From NCBI RefSeq assembly GCF_036321535.1, contig NC_087437.1:93994001-94058000 (forward strand): a DNA stretch of 64,000 nucleotides, in the 5' to 3' direction. The notes beneath the pieces were generated by a model. That model was given only the letters and a program-made list of their open reading frames with translations. It had not been told where the DNA came from and did no database searches. Shown here piece by piece: positions 52,190 through 64,000 of the stretch (positions are counted from its first letter, which is position 1; every line of letters begins with the position of its first letter). The translations under genes and the position numbers were made by a program. The DNA is from Camelus dromedarius. Taxonomy: Eukaryota.

Positions 52190-53210
52190 TTAGAAAGAAA
52201 AATGGGTACCCTGAAAGATGTTCACATCCTAATCCCCAGAACCTTTTTGTCTTATATGGTGAAGGGGACTTTGCAGATGTGATTAACTTAAGGAACCTAA
52301 AAATGGATGATTATTCTGTATTACCCAGTCAGGCCAAATCTAATCATATAGGTCCTTAACAGTGGAGAACATCTTCTGGCTATGATTGGAGGGAGAAGTG
52401 ACTATGAAGAATGGTCAAAGAGATGAAACATTGCTGGCTTTGGAGACAGAAGGAGAAAGGGGGCCATGAGCTTCTCGTGTTACTGAATCAAAGCTTGTAC
52501 TCCTTGCTGCAAGAAAGGTTCAAAAATTGACAGCTGAGGTGCTGGGGCAAGGAGTATTCGAAAAGCCAGAAGACCAAGAAGATGGTAAACTGGTGTCCCA
52601 AAGAACCATCTTACCTGAGTAAGAATTTAGGCTTAAATTTATACTTATACTTAAATTTAAAATTTAAATTTAAAATTATACTTTTAGAGGAAAGGTGTGG
52701 CTGGTTGTTGCAAACTTTTTGAGCGAGAATCCTTTGCTCTTGCACCTGTCACAACTTTCCTGTAAACCTCCAACAAGATGGATGTTATTCTCTGTTCTGC
52801 AACTTTTTATCTCCATATGAATGAAAAGTGTTCTACCTTTAAATATCAAGCCTGAGACTCCGAGCCTTGAGAATGGACTATCATAAATATTTCAGGCTAT
52901 AGGCAACATTCTTTTACAAAGGTGCAGAGCCGGCATGACTAAGCACAGCAACAGGGCACGAAGGTTAGAACTAAAGGCGTAGACCCAATATGGGGTCAGG
53001 TTTGTTCGTCTCTGTTAACACTGGGAGTTGGAAAAGGCAAGGGAATGGATTCTTCTGTAGTGCCTCCAAGAAGGAACGCAGCCCTGTTGACATCTTGATT
53101 TTATCCCAGTCAGACTTGTGATCTGCCAGATTGTAAGATAACACATTTGTGTCGTTTGAAGCCATTAAGTTTGTGGTAATTTGTGACAACAACAAAAGAA
53201 AACTAACACA
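52190..53210 (+). mobile_element. MLT1D-like LTR split by a younger LTR
   Basis: Left half 'aaagatgttcacatcctaatccccagaacc..gggactttgcagatgtgattaa'; right half 'ggaaaaggcaagggaatggattct...aagtttgtggtaatttgtgacaaca..gaaaactaacaca'. Confidence 0.85.
52478..53020 (-). mobile_element. ERV solo LTR nested in MLT1D
   Basis: Termini TGTTA...TAACA; flanks ctcg/ctgg (3-of-4 TSD); interrupts the MLT1 collinearly. Strand inferred. Confidence 0.75.
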
Positions 53211-53649
53211 GGAACTGGATGGGCAAAAGAAAAGAGAAATTGCTAGAGCCCAGAGAAAGTATTGGTCTCTAGTGATCTCTGATACTTTGCTAAAGGCTCA
53301 GGAAACTGTTCATTCCTAGTGACATGGCATAAATGGGGTTAGGGCAGTAATACCCAACCTCATTCTTCTGCTTTCTGACTTTTAAAGTCCCTTCTATTGG
53401 CAAGAAAAAAAAAATGGAAATCAAAAGACAAAGGATGTTCTTCATAAAAAGCAGAAAAGTGGATTGTAAATATGACAGAGCACATGGAAAATACTTGGAT
53501 AACTATCGGCACTTGTTTTCTTTACTGTTATATTTCATGTGGTCTCATAAAGCAAAGATGAACAATTGTCATTACTATATTCAGTATTACAAAAAAGTTT
53601 TATATCTTGAACACTGGTAAGCAAACGCATTAATTGAAAATATAATAAA

Positions 53650-53870
53650 ATAATACCTAACACTTCCTGAACACTTACGCTTGTCAGACATATTTGCAAG
53701 AACTTTACATTGAATAATTTGTTTAATGGTTAGCACAGACTTTCCAGGGAGTTACTATTTTTTTAATCCCTTCTCCTCCTTTGTTTTGTTTTGTTTTAGA
53801 AGAGAAAATAGGCAAAGAAATTTGTTACTAAGCAGTAAAGTCAGGATTTTAACCCAGGCAGTCCAGACTG
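53650..53870 (-). mobile_element. MIR SINE
   Basis: 'aacacttcctgaacacttac...cagtaaagtcaggattttaacccaggcagtccagact'. Confidence 0.65.
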
Positions 53871-54499
53871 CTTGTATGTTATAGAGTGTGCTTCCTGCCA
53901 GAATCGGTGTTAAAATCTTATACTGAACAAAGAATGATATTTGATGATTGGTTAAAAAGTATTCTATGCTTTATAATAGAAAAAAAGGAAATTAAAGATC
54001 TTTTCTAAAGACCTGCAGTAAATATTAAAGATAAGTTTTCCTTAGCCTTCTTTGCCTTGACAATTTAAGGTTTGTTGGTTTGGTTTTTTTCCGTTGTCTT
54101 TTAGCATTTGCTTTGTGTGGGTATGTTTGTAATTACTGAAGGTGATTATTTTACCGAAAGCTCTTAAGCAGAGAGAGTCCGTCAGGAATGCTTATTGACT
54201 TTCCCTGGGTGTAAAGCCCTGTACCAGAGACTGAGAGATTAGTGAAAGAGAAAGTCCTCACAGGTAAGCAGACAAACAATTACAAAGCACGGTGATAAGC
54301 ATAATGAGCACAGGGAGTTACAGAAAGAAAGGAAAAAGGATGCTTAACTCACATGAACACTTAGGGTGGTCAGGATGGGCTTGCAGATGATGTGACCATT
54401 GGGTAATGGTCTCGATGACTATGCCAGGAGAAATTGCTGTAGGCAAAGGGCTAGGAAAAGATATTCTGGAAAGGGAGAACACTATTAAATGAGGAGGGG

Positions 54500-55045
54500 A
54501 TAGATAAACACACTGTGGTACATCCAGACTATGGAATATTAATCAGCACTAAAAAGAAATGAGCTATCAAACCAAGAAAAGACATGGAGGAAACTTAAAT
54601 GTATTTTCACTAAGTGAAAGAAGCCAATTAGAAAAGGCTACATATTGTACGATTTCAACTGTATGACACTCTGAAAAGGCAAAACTATGGAGACAGTAAA
54701 AAGATTAGTGATTGCCAGAGGTTTGAGGAGTGGGGAACGGTGATTAGGTAGGCCACAGAGGGTTTTTCGGACAGTGAAAATACCTTATATTATACCATAA
54801 TGATAAATACATGTCATTATATGTTTATCCAAACCATAGAATGTACATCAGAGTGAACCTTTGTGTAAACGACAGACTTTGGACAATTATGATGCCTCAG
54901 TGCAGGGTCATCAGTTTTGAAAAATGTGCCACCATGAAAGGAGATGCTGATAAGGTGTTAGGCTGTGCATGTGTGAAGACTAGAGGTGTGTGGAAAATCT
55001 CTGCCCTTTGACTTTCATGTTGCTTTCTAAAAAGTAAAGTCTTAA
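54500..55045 (+). mobile_element. L1MC-type 3' end
   Basis: 'ctgtggtacatccagactatggaatatt..cactaaaaagaaatgagctatcaa..aagacatggaggaaacttaaatg..aagtgaaagaagccaat'. Confidence 0.85.
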
Positions 55046-56142
55046 CCGATGAGAGAAGGGGAAGAACCCTATGAAAGTAAGGACTTGTAATACTTCAATT
55101 TTCCTGAAACATAAAATGGGGCATTAAAATGGTGAGAGTTGAGGCACATGACATTCAGTGATGCACATAATCTTTCAAAGTCTAACAAACCTGATACTTT
55201 TAATAATTAGCATCATAAATTTAGATCCAATCTGTATAAGCATTATGCTAAGCTTGATCTATACTCTGTTTCTATATATCTTTATTCCATTTGCCTCAAT
55301 TCAGTCTTTGTAACTTGGCGTTTCTTCCCCTTCTCTTCTAACGTTCGCATGAACATCTTTAAAAGAGTCGCAGGATAACAGTGATAGCTGCCCTTTTTTT
55401 TTATTTCCTTGAGGACTTTCATTGTTCTAGAATTGAGCTAAGTCATACTTTACATGTATTATTCATTTCCACATCTTCTGCTAAACCTTCTGTGACTATT
55501 AATCTTTCTTCTTCTGTGCTCCTGTAGCATTAATACATATATTGTTCAATTTAATAATTGACACATAATATAAAGTTATATTTAGTTCATTCTTGTTAAG
55601 CCCCTTAGATTAATTTTCCAATTACATGCAAGTTCACACTTGTCTTGTGAGCAGGAAGTTCAAGAGTTGCCTCTCTCTTGAAGTCCTTGCTTGCATTACA
55701 TTAACATTCTAGGGGTTTCTTCAGTGCTAAGGTGGTTATTGTAATGCTTGACTTAGGGAGACCTCCATATGAGCAGTCTACGGTTACTGCTTCCGCCCCA
55801 TTACTGCTCACTGTTTTAAGTCTGACCATGTAGAGCCCTTGCCTAGAGCTGCAGGAATGTTTTTGCTGGTCTGCTTTCTGCCAACAGTCAGATTTCAAAC
55901 ATCTCTTTGCTTATACTGAGACGCATATCCATTGATTTCCAAAGCAATCTCTATGCTAGGCTAAGCTTTCCTACCTACTAATTTCCCAAATTCTAGCACT
56001 GAATATGGGTTACCAGTACAGGCAGGCCTTAAAAAATAACATGCAATCCACCTTCAAGTTGGCTTAATTCTTTTATAGCAAATAGGCTTAGAAGACCACC
56101 TTTGGTCACGTTTTTGTCAGCCATTCTGATCTCTCTCTAGAA

Positions 56143-56845
56143 ATAGAGTTTCTCAACCAGGTATTACTGACATTCTGGCTGGGCAATTCCTTGTTTTGGA
56201 GCTGGCATTATAGGATGCTTAACAGTGTTTCTGGTGCCCACCCACTGCTAGATGCTAACAGTATCCTGCTAAAGATAAATTATTCTGACACTTTTTACAC
56301 ACACACAAAAATTGCACTGGACACTTGTTAAAAACACAAGGAAGACTTTATTCAAGAATATTATAATAGAGGTCAAGACTGTTGTCACAGGAGAGAGAGA
56401 CTGAACTCAATTCTGAGACAGCTGAGGATTTATAGCCAAACAGCAGAATGAGGGGGTCAGCGGATTGAAAATTACCGGAGGAGACCTGATTAGATTCCTA
56501 AAGTAAGGGAATTCTTGCTAAACTGGCTTAACAAGATTCTTGCTAAAAACAGGCCACAGATTTAGGCATCAAGAGTAAGAGATGAGGAATTTGATCAGAC
56601 ATCAGGGTTGAGGCCTGAGGCTCTCAATAAACTGACTTAGTAGGATTCTTTGCTAAAATTGGGCTCAGCAGGACAAGGACATGGAATGCCAAGATAGAGT
56701 CCTTTTTGGGAAGAGGGCATAGAGGGAGCCCAATTGAAGTTTGTTTGATCTATCCCACCCCAAGCCATGACAATAAAACATGTTTGCAGATGTTGCCAAA
56801 GGTGCCCTGTGGGGAACAAAATCTCTTGTCACTGAAAACTGTTTT
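56143..56845 (-). mobile_element. MER20 (hAT-Charlie) fossil split by an LTR
   Basis: Left 'gtttctcaacc..tactgacattctggc..caattccttgtt'; right 'tgacaataaaacatgtttgcagatgttgccaaa..ccctgtggggaacaaaatc'. Confidence 0.75.
56267..56751 (-). mobile_element. ERV1 solo LTR (MER31/MER67-like) inside MER20
   Basis: 'tgctaaagataaattattctgacac...gaagactttattcaaga', repeated 'attcttgctaaa'; TSD atcc (56263-66, 56752-55). Confidence 0.75.
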
Positions 56846-56869
56846 GGATGATCTTGCTAGACAGTGCTT

Positions 56870-57710
56870 TGTTAGCCGATGGAAGACTCCCACTTAGAAT
56901 GAGGATACCACAAAAGGTGGCTTCTTGCCTGCTGGTTGGAAAGAATTCCCAGCTGAGGCAGAGAGTGAAAGATGTTTTATTTCTCAAAAGAGGAAAAGGA
57001 AAGCATTGAGAGGGGGAAAAGGAGAGAAAGGCTCTTGAGTGGGGAGCCATCAGCCAAGATGGTCAGTTGAGATATCTATGGCCCAGGTTGGGCCACCTGT
57101 ATTTTTTTGAGAGGTTTCTCCCATCATGTTCTCCTTCCAAATGTGAGAGAACTAATTAGTCCTTATATGGGCTTTTCAGTCTTTGTCTGGGCTTTTATCA
57201 TTGTTGTCATGGCAATAGTCAACTGTCATGGCATTGGTGGGTGTGTCCACTTAGCATGCTAATACATTACAGTAAGCATATAATGAGGCTCAAGGTCCAC
57301 TAGAAGTCAAATCCTCCACCATCTTTGACTCTGTTCTAACCAGTTCTTGTTTCTCCTCTGCAGCTGCCTTCTAAGACTTAGATAAGGACAATTTGTTTTG
57401 AGGGAGGGGCAGGGGTATGATCCTGGGGGTAACAGCCTTGGCAACAAAAAGGAAAATTGCTTTTAATCAGAATGCCTACAATATGGTGGACCCAGCATCT
57501 CCCCCAAAAAACTATCTCCAAAGATTCTGTTCAGCCATAAAAGTTTTAAAGGGAAGTGAGGGAGTAATCATTGAGATAGGTGATCAGAGTCCTTGCCATC
57601 CCCCAGTGCCTGCAGGCTTGTCCTAATCAACTGCCTGAGCCTGCTCTCCTATGACTCAGGGAGGCCTGGAGATGAGCTTTTCTATGTCCTGCTCAGTTAT
57701 CAGTTGTACC
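56870..57710 (-). mobile_element. ERV1 LTR-derived sequence (MER4/MER50-like), right boundary uncertain
   Basis: Starts TGTTAG; 'ctgtcatggcattggtgggtgtgtc..tagcatgctaatacatta..agcatataatgag' motif; TTTATT at ~56977. Confidence 0.6.
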
Positions 57711-60069
57711 CCATAATTTCACCACCCTATAGCTAGAATCTTTTTTTAAAGTGAGTTTTTATTTGTTTTTGTTTGTTTGTTTTGATCACTAATGGGCATA
57801 GACTTTCAAATTTATATAAGGAGAAACAAGAAGTGGTTACCACCTATTTGACTGGCCCCCACCACTATATCATAGGACAGATTTGGAGTAATAGGGATTT
57901 TTGCTGTTTAGGTGATTTTTCTATAAAAATTAACATTACTGGATATTTTGTTATTCCCAGTTTTGTTGCATTTTACTTGTCTTTTCTTCTAATAGCAGCA
58001 AAAACTTCAAAGGATTTTAAATGTGGAAAGTAAAAATCATAAATTATGTCGATTAAAAACTACTCTCTTTCCAAAAAGGCATTATATTTATGTTTTTATA
58101 TTTCTCTGGTGAGCATGTTGAAGGGATTCTCAGATAGTACAGAAAAGTGGGAAAATTTTTGATGGGGCAATTAAAAATTTCATATTATGGTTACACATGC
58201 AAGTTACTTATTTGAGTGATCCATACGTGTGTGTCTGTGTTCTAATATATTATACTTTTTTTCCCTTTGTAGAAAGTATTAGAATTCATCAATTCTAATA
58301 AGATAAGCACTGCTTGTTACAGCTTCTACAATTACTATTTAGAGAAAAGAGAAATGGTTTAACATATCTTATAAAATACACTTCTATTAACAAGCAGTGT
58401 AATTAGATATTGAATACTCTGGAAACGTATATATCATATAAACAGATGTATAAACAGAATAATTAGAGTGTTAATTTAAAAGCAGAAGCATTGAGCACCA
58501 CATAAAGAATTGCAAACTTATTCATCTGTTCTTTCCGTCTTCATTTAATATCTTATTCTCAATAATATGCTTTGCAGCTTCCTTTGGTCTAAATGGCTGC
58601 TTTAGTTTTTACATTATTGTCGGTGTAAACTGAAGATACATTAATTTCAAGAAGATAATTTACTTTGGTTTTTACCATGTATCACCACTTGGGGTTCTAT
58701 CTGGCAGCACCTTACAATGCATGTAATTTTAGCCCAGTTAATTATCATATATTTGAATGGGGGATGTAGAATCACTTTAGATGGTAATTAAAAGACTTGT
58801 GAGTTGAGATAAAAACCAAAAAAGCAAAACTCATGGTTTGAGTTTACAAAAGTCTTTCAAAAGAACATTTTAAAATACTAGGTAATTGTGCTGCAGCTGC
58901 ATGGCAAAAGTGATTCTAACAAAAAGATTTTTTAAAAAACAAACACAAATGGATTTTAAAATAGCTTATTTATGAGAAAATGCTGTAACTTATTAAAATA
59001 AATGAAAGGTTTTATTAAGCAGGCAAAATTATTCTATTTTAAGATATTTAATCATCATATTTCCAATTTAGTAATGTTAATTTAATTTTTCCATTAGATT
59101 TTTCCTACACTTTAATTTCCTATTCGGAAATAATAACCAGGATCCATTTATGAGTGTGGCATTGTAATACCAAAAGTTAAACACTGTACTTCACCTATAA
59201 TGGCTAGATGTCAACAGAATTCACTAAATATTTCACTTTCAGAGCTTTGCAGAGATAATATGTTAGTTATATTTCCTGTTCAGTAATGTGGAAGAAAACA
59301 TTTTTTCCTAGCTGTAAAAATTAGTGGAGAGGCAATTTGGAATTTCTGCATTCTCTTCCAGTAATACAGAAGTAGACTCACAGAATATTACCATTTTGTT
59401 AGTCAAAATTATTTTAGGAGTGAGAGCCACTATGTATATCTGGAAAATGACAGTGTAATATTAATTTTTTCTTTTATCATCTTTTGAATGTATTCTGCAG
59501 TGATTTTCACATGTGGTTAAGTTAAAATAACTCCTTTTCTCAGTGAGGTGCTTTGTGTAGTTTTTGCCTTCTCTCCAACTACCCTACCCTAAAATAGATT
59601 CAGTAGTTTTTAGATGACACAGATCTTCTCAAAAGTCACCAGTATTGCAATGATGTCAGAGATAGGACAGCACTGCCACATAACAGCAGTAACTTAAACA
59701 GGTCCTGACAAAATTTAAACCTTAAATGATGACTAACTATAGTGGCAAGGTTTTGTTGTTGGCAATGTGTTTATTATTTTGTTTGTTTTTAAATTATTCA
59801 ATAGGATTGTCACCATGTTCCAATGTAAGCTGAAGCTGGTATAGTGACATTACTTTGTCACATATCAGAGCTACATAGCTGGGTAGGATTACAGAACACT
59901 GAGGTTCTTTATTTCTCAGAATATAGCCGATATTATTAAAAATTGTGCTACAACTATGGTATTTTTCTATGTTGACTTTACAAAAACTTCTTAATGAAGA
60001 ATTCATTTGTGAGCATAGGAGTATTTGTTTAGGTCGTTCACCTGTTATATTTATTATTTCTTTTTTTCA

Positions 60070-60880
60070 TTAAACTTACTCATTTTCTCTTTTGGATATG
60101 TAACACACTTCAATGACTTAAAATCCCCAAATTCCAGAAAAGATGCACAGTGAAAGTCTTCCTCTTAGTACCTTGCTCATCCTCCATTTTCCCAATCCAA
60201 ACCTTGCCCTCAAAATAAAAACAACTGCAGTTAGTGGTTTCTTATGTTTCTTCTAGAACTCTTTAATACATGTACAATCAAAAGGAAATAAACACATTAT
60301 TTTTTCATCATTTTATTTTTGCCTGTATCACATAGTACCCATATTGTTCTGTAATTTTTTGGTTAACAACGTATTTTGGAGATCTGTAACAGCATATAAA
60401 ACATTTTGCCATTTCATTTTCTCACTATGTGGATATAAGTAATTTATGAATTTAGGTTGTTTTTAATCTTTTAAAAATTATTTTATTTTATTTTACTTTG
60501 AGGGAGGAGGTAATTAGGTTTACTTGTTTATTTATTTTTTAGGGGAAGTGCTAGGGATTGAGCCCAGCACCTCCTGCAAGCTCTGCGTGCACTCTACCAC
60601 CTGAGCGATATTCTCCCTCCCCAGGTTGTTTTTAATCTTAATGTAATACCAACAATAAGCTGAATAAACTTGAAAATATATCATTTCATATATAAGTAAG
60701 CATATCATAGGAATAAATTCCTCGAAGTGAGATTACCCTGTCAAGTGTATATGTGTTTTAGATTTGATCAGTGTTAGCAATGGACTCTTGATAAGGTTTG
60801 AACCAGTTAATAATTTCACCATCAGTGTGAGGGCCTACTTCTCCAAGCCTCAGTAACAGAATGTGTTGTCATTTTTAGAG
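60070..60880 (-). mobile_element. L1ME 3' fragment hosting the SINE
   Basis: 'atattgttctgtaatttttt..aacaacgtattttggagatc', 'ggaataaattcctcgaagtgagattac..gtcaagtgtat'. Confidence 0.6.
60471..60622 (-). mobile_element. tRNA-derived SINE (camelid Vic-1-like)
   Basis: Minus strand has A-box 'gctcaggtggtagag' and B-box 'gggctcaatccc', then 'aaataaataaac..aaacctaattacctcc' tail. Perfect TSD aggttgtttttaatctt (60454-60470, 60623-60639). Confidence 0.9.
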
Positions 60881-63800
60881 ATTTCTTATTTTCTTTTCTT
60901 TCTTTGGAACTTTTGGGTGGAGATTTGGCTGAATATTAAGTCGCTAGTGACATTTTCTTTCTTTGAGTGTGTCTTTTATATGTTCCACAGTCCTGACACT
61001 GAGTATGGTTTTAAAAAAAATCTGAGTCCCATTAAATTAATTTTCCCCCTTCAAAGAGATGCTACTTCTTTTTTTCAGCCAAATGATGTTCCTTTTCATT
61101 GTGTAGACTTTAATTCTTTCTAAATATACAGATTAACTATTAATATTATATTTTTGACTTAGATTCTGTTCCATTATTTTGCTTTATGTCTTGAAAGACT
61201 CTATACATAATATCTTTTTGTTTGTCTTCTAGATCTATTATTCTCTTAACCATTTAACACTTATTTTATTTTCATTTCCTTGTGCTTGTTTTCTCTTTTC
61301 TACCCTCCATGTCTCTTACCATGTTATTGTTTGTGCTTTTTCCAAGTTTATCTTCATTTCTGTGATGCTGTGATGTATTGCCCCTGCTTCCTTCCCGAAC
61401 TCTGTCTACATTCCCATTTTGTCTCCTCCATCTCCCTGATCCTCTAATCCTTTACTTTTTTTTTTCCCCTTGTGTTGTGGTGTTTGTTCATCAATGGATT
61501 TATATACTGTTTGTTTTTTAACATGGGAAAATACATGGTCAAAATTTGTATTTTCTCTGAGGTAGAATTTTTTCTGATCACTTTGTCTTTTGGTAGAGAA
61601 AAATGTTCTTATTCTTGTTTTACTTATATTGTTTTTGTAACAATAACATGTAATTTCCTTTATTATATTATTCCTCATTATATATGTTAGATATACCTGG
61701 TCTAATCATTTTTATTTGTTTTCTATATATAGGAAGTGGTCCAGCTACTCTACTAGGCAGGGGAAGTGTCTATACACGAAAGGCTCACTCAGCCCTGCTG
61801 CCAGAGAGGCAGACTGTATTCTTTGTGATTCACTGTGCAACTCCAAATCCAGAGCCAAATCACAAGCAGAAGGACTTTCTTTGCCTTCCTCACTTACCAC
61901 AGTTCTCACATATCTTGTTGACATCAAGAGATAAACATTTAGAAAAAGTATTTTTCCCTAGAATTTTCTGACATAAACTCCCTTGGTTCTTACTGTCATT
62001 ATCCACACTTCTCAATTTTCTCACATAGTTTATGCCCAATTTTAGATGTTGTGGTAGCATTTAAGCATAATTTGGAATCTGTAGATGAAATCTGCTTCCT
62101 AGTTTCAAGTCAAATGGAGTTTATAAGAATTTTTTTCTCCCTTTATGGTGATTTTTGTTGTTTTTGTTTTAAAAGATTGTATAAAGAAAAGGGGGAAATA
62201 TTGACATCCATAGCCATTTCTGGCTTGAGATCTCACCTAAATTTCTATTTTAAAATGTTTCTATTCTTCTCAGACCTGCAACTGCCTCTTCCTCACATCA
62301 CATGGACTCACTCTTAGTAGGCTTCAAAGACTACTTCATAAAGGAAATTGAAAATTCTACTTCATAATACTAGATACACAGATTCTAATTACTATATTTA
62401 GACACAAAATACCCAGACATAAGTTTTCACAATCGTTTAAGGATAATAACTCCTGCTATGTCTAGATCCAACTATCCCTTCATCCTTGAACCCACCCAAC
62501 CTTCTTGCATCAAAAGAGTCATCAGATATATAAATAATTATCAGATATATATATGTACGTAATATTTTGTAGAATGACATAGGATACATGATTAGCACTC
62601 AAAAATGCCAGCAAACATTCTTATCCAGGTCATAGGGTGTTAAGGGACTTTGATTTGGAATTTCTGTTTTTCTCAAAATTTTAATTTGTAAGTAGAATAT
62701 TATTTCTAAGATTTCAGGAATTCTATATAACTTTGATGATATGATGATCATGGGCAGAGTATAAGACAACAGGAAACTAGTAAAATTTACATCACTTTTA
62801 CAGTGCTAATAAAAATACTAACCAGGAGACATTCCAATGGCCCATTGAGTCATTTTTTTTTATGCCATTGAAATTTATCCAGCTTCCTTCCTCCACTGAC
62901 TCCCAGGAAGCTTGGAGTCAGGAAAACCTTGTTCTTCTGACATAACTGTATTGTTTCCCTTAATCTTCACCTCCCCATATATGAGATTTCAGCCCTTGGA
63001 TGTTTTTCTTTGTTTTGTATTTTTCTGATCTCACAGTTCTGTCACATTTATGTGGTTTTATTATAAGTTGGCTAAAGTCTATTTTAGAAGTAGATTTAGT
63101 ATCAGTTAGTATGGGAAAAATGAAATAAAAATTTCAACTGTAAAACTCATGGTTGTTATTCATCCTAACATGGTAAGATTCACAATCAGTTTATTATATG
63201 TCTCCTACAAACCCAGAGTCAATTAGGCTCTCTATAATGTTTTTCTCATAAAAATTACTCCCATTCCTAATTTACTTTATTAACTATTAGAAAAAGTTGT
63301 CTCATGACATTGAACACGCTAATATGAAGATGTCTAGTATGTCAAAAACTTAAGAAGGTAAGGGTCTTTGGTTATTACAATAAGAACATAAAACTTCCTC
63401 ACAGTTGTTTTTGTCACTTAATGCTGCTGGAGCTGTCCTTACCATAAACAGAGTATTCCCTTAACGTCTAAGAGTGCAAAATGCATTACAAGTCATACCA
63501 TCTCAGAAGCTTTACAACTCTTGTTTTAGGATTTAAACATTCTTATATAATTTATGTAGGAAAAGAAAAAGCAGAGAAATGAAGTATTACCTAAGTATCT
63601 TGTATATCAGGACATATAACTTTATGTGCAAAATAGTACTTGGCACCTAAATGGCAAATTCACTAATTTTCTATTTATTTTATTCCATTTTACCGGGATG
63701 AAAGATTTTGTTCTTTGGACTGAGCATTTTATATATGGCCTTTGCATTAAGCTTATATAGATAACATTTAGAATGATACTAGCTTAATGTGAAATGATAT

Positions 63801-64000
63801 TTTTTATGTTTATATAATTTTATGTAGGAAAAATAACATGAATGTTTAAGGGTATGTCTAAAAAGTATGATGAGTATGAGTGGTGTTTCTATAATGATTT
63901 AATCTTCAGCAGAGGAGGATACTTTTGGGCTCCAAACTTCTTAGTGCAAACATCACTTAGTGCCAGATGTATGGAATCAGTCTTACCTGGATAGTTCCGC

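Noticed and set aside
60540..60615. tRNA gene
   Set aside because: The A/B boxes belong to a SINE with a tail and TSD; no proper cloverleaf.
1..64000. Prokaryotic systems (CRISPR arrays, operons) and the many short ORFs in the track
   Set aside because: The sequence is mammalian with no repeat-spacer array; most listed ORFs fall in repeats or are chance AT-rich frames.

Overview
AT-rich mammalian genomic DNA, probably from a camelid (a Vic-1-like tRNA SINE with a perfect 17-bp TSD lies at 60.5 kb). I see no intact protein-coding gene. A large share of the window is interspersed repeat: old L1M/L1MC/L1ME fragments, younger L1 pieces, MIR/L2, MLT1 LTRs, MER47- and MER20-type DNA transposons, several ERV1 solo LTRs and one internally deleted ERV1 provirus. 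The main unexpected signal is at about 7.9-19.0 kb on the minus strand and is largely invisible in the ORF track. It is a collinear series of about 9 exon-like segments, most with canonical AG/GT boundaries. Their conceptual translations, read through many stops and frameshifts, give an F-box-like motif, an FBXW-type linker and a run of WD40-like repeats. I read this as a heavily decayed, intron-containing F-box/WD40 gene that I cannot assign to a known mammalian FBXW; its splice sites look better preserved than its reading frame. All family assignments are by eye from remembered consensus sequences, no searches were run, and repeat boundaries without a TSD are approximate.
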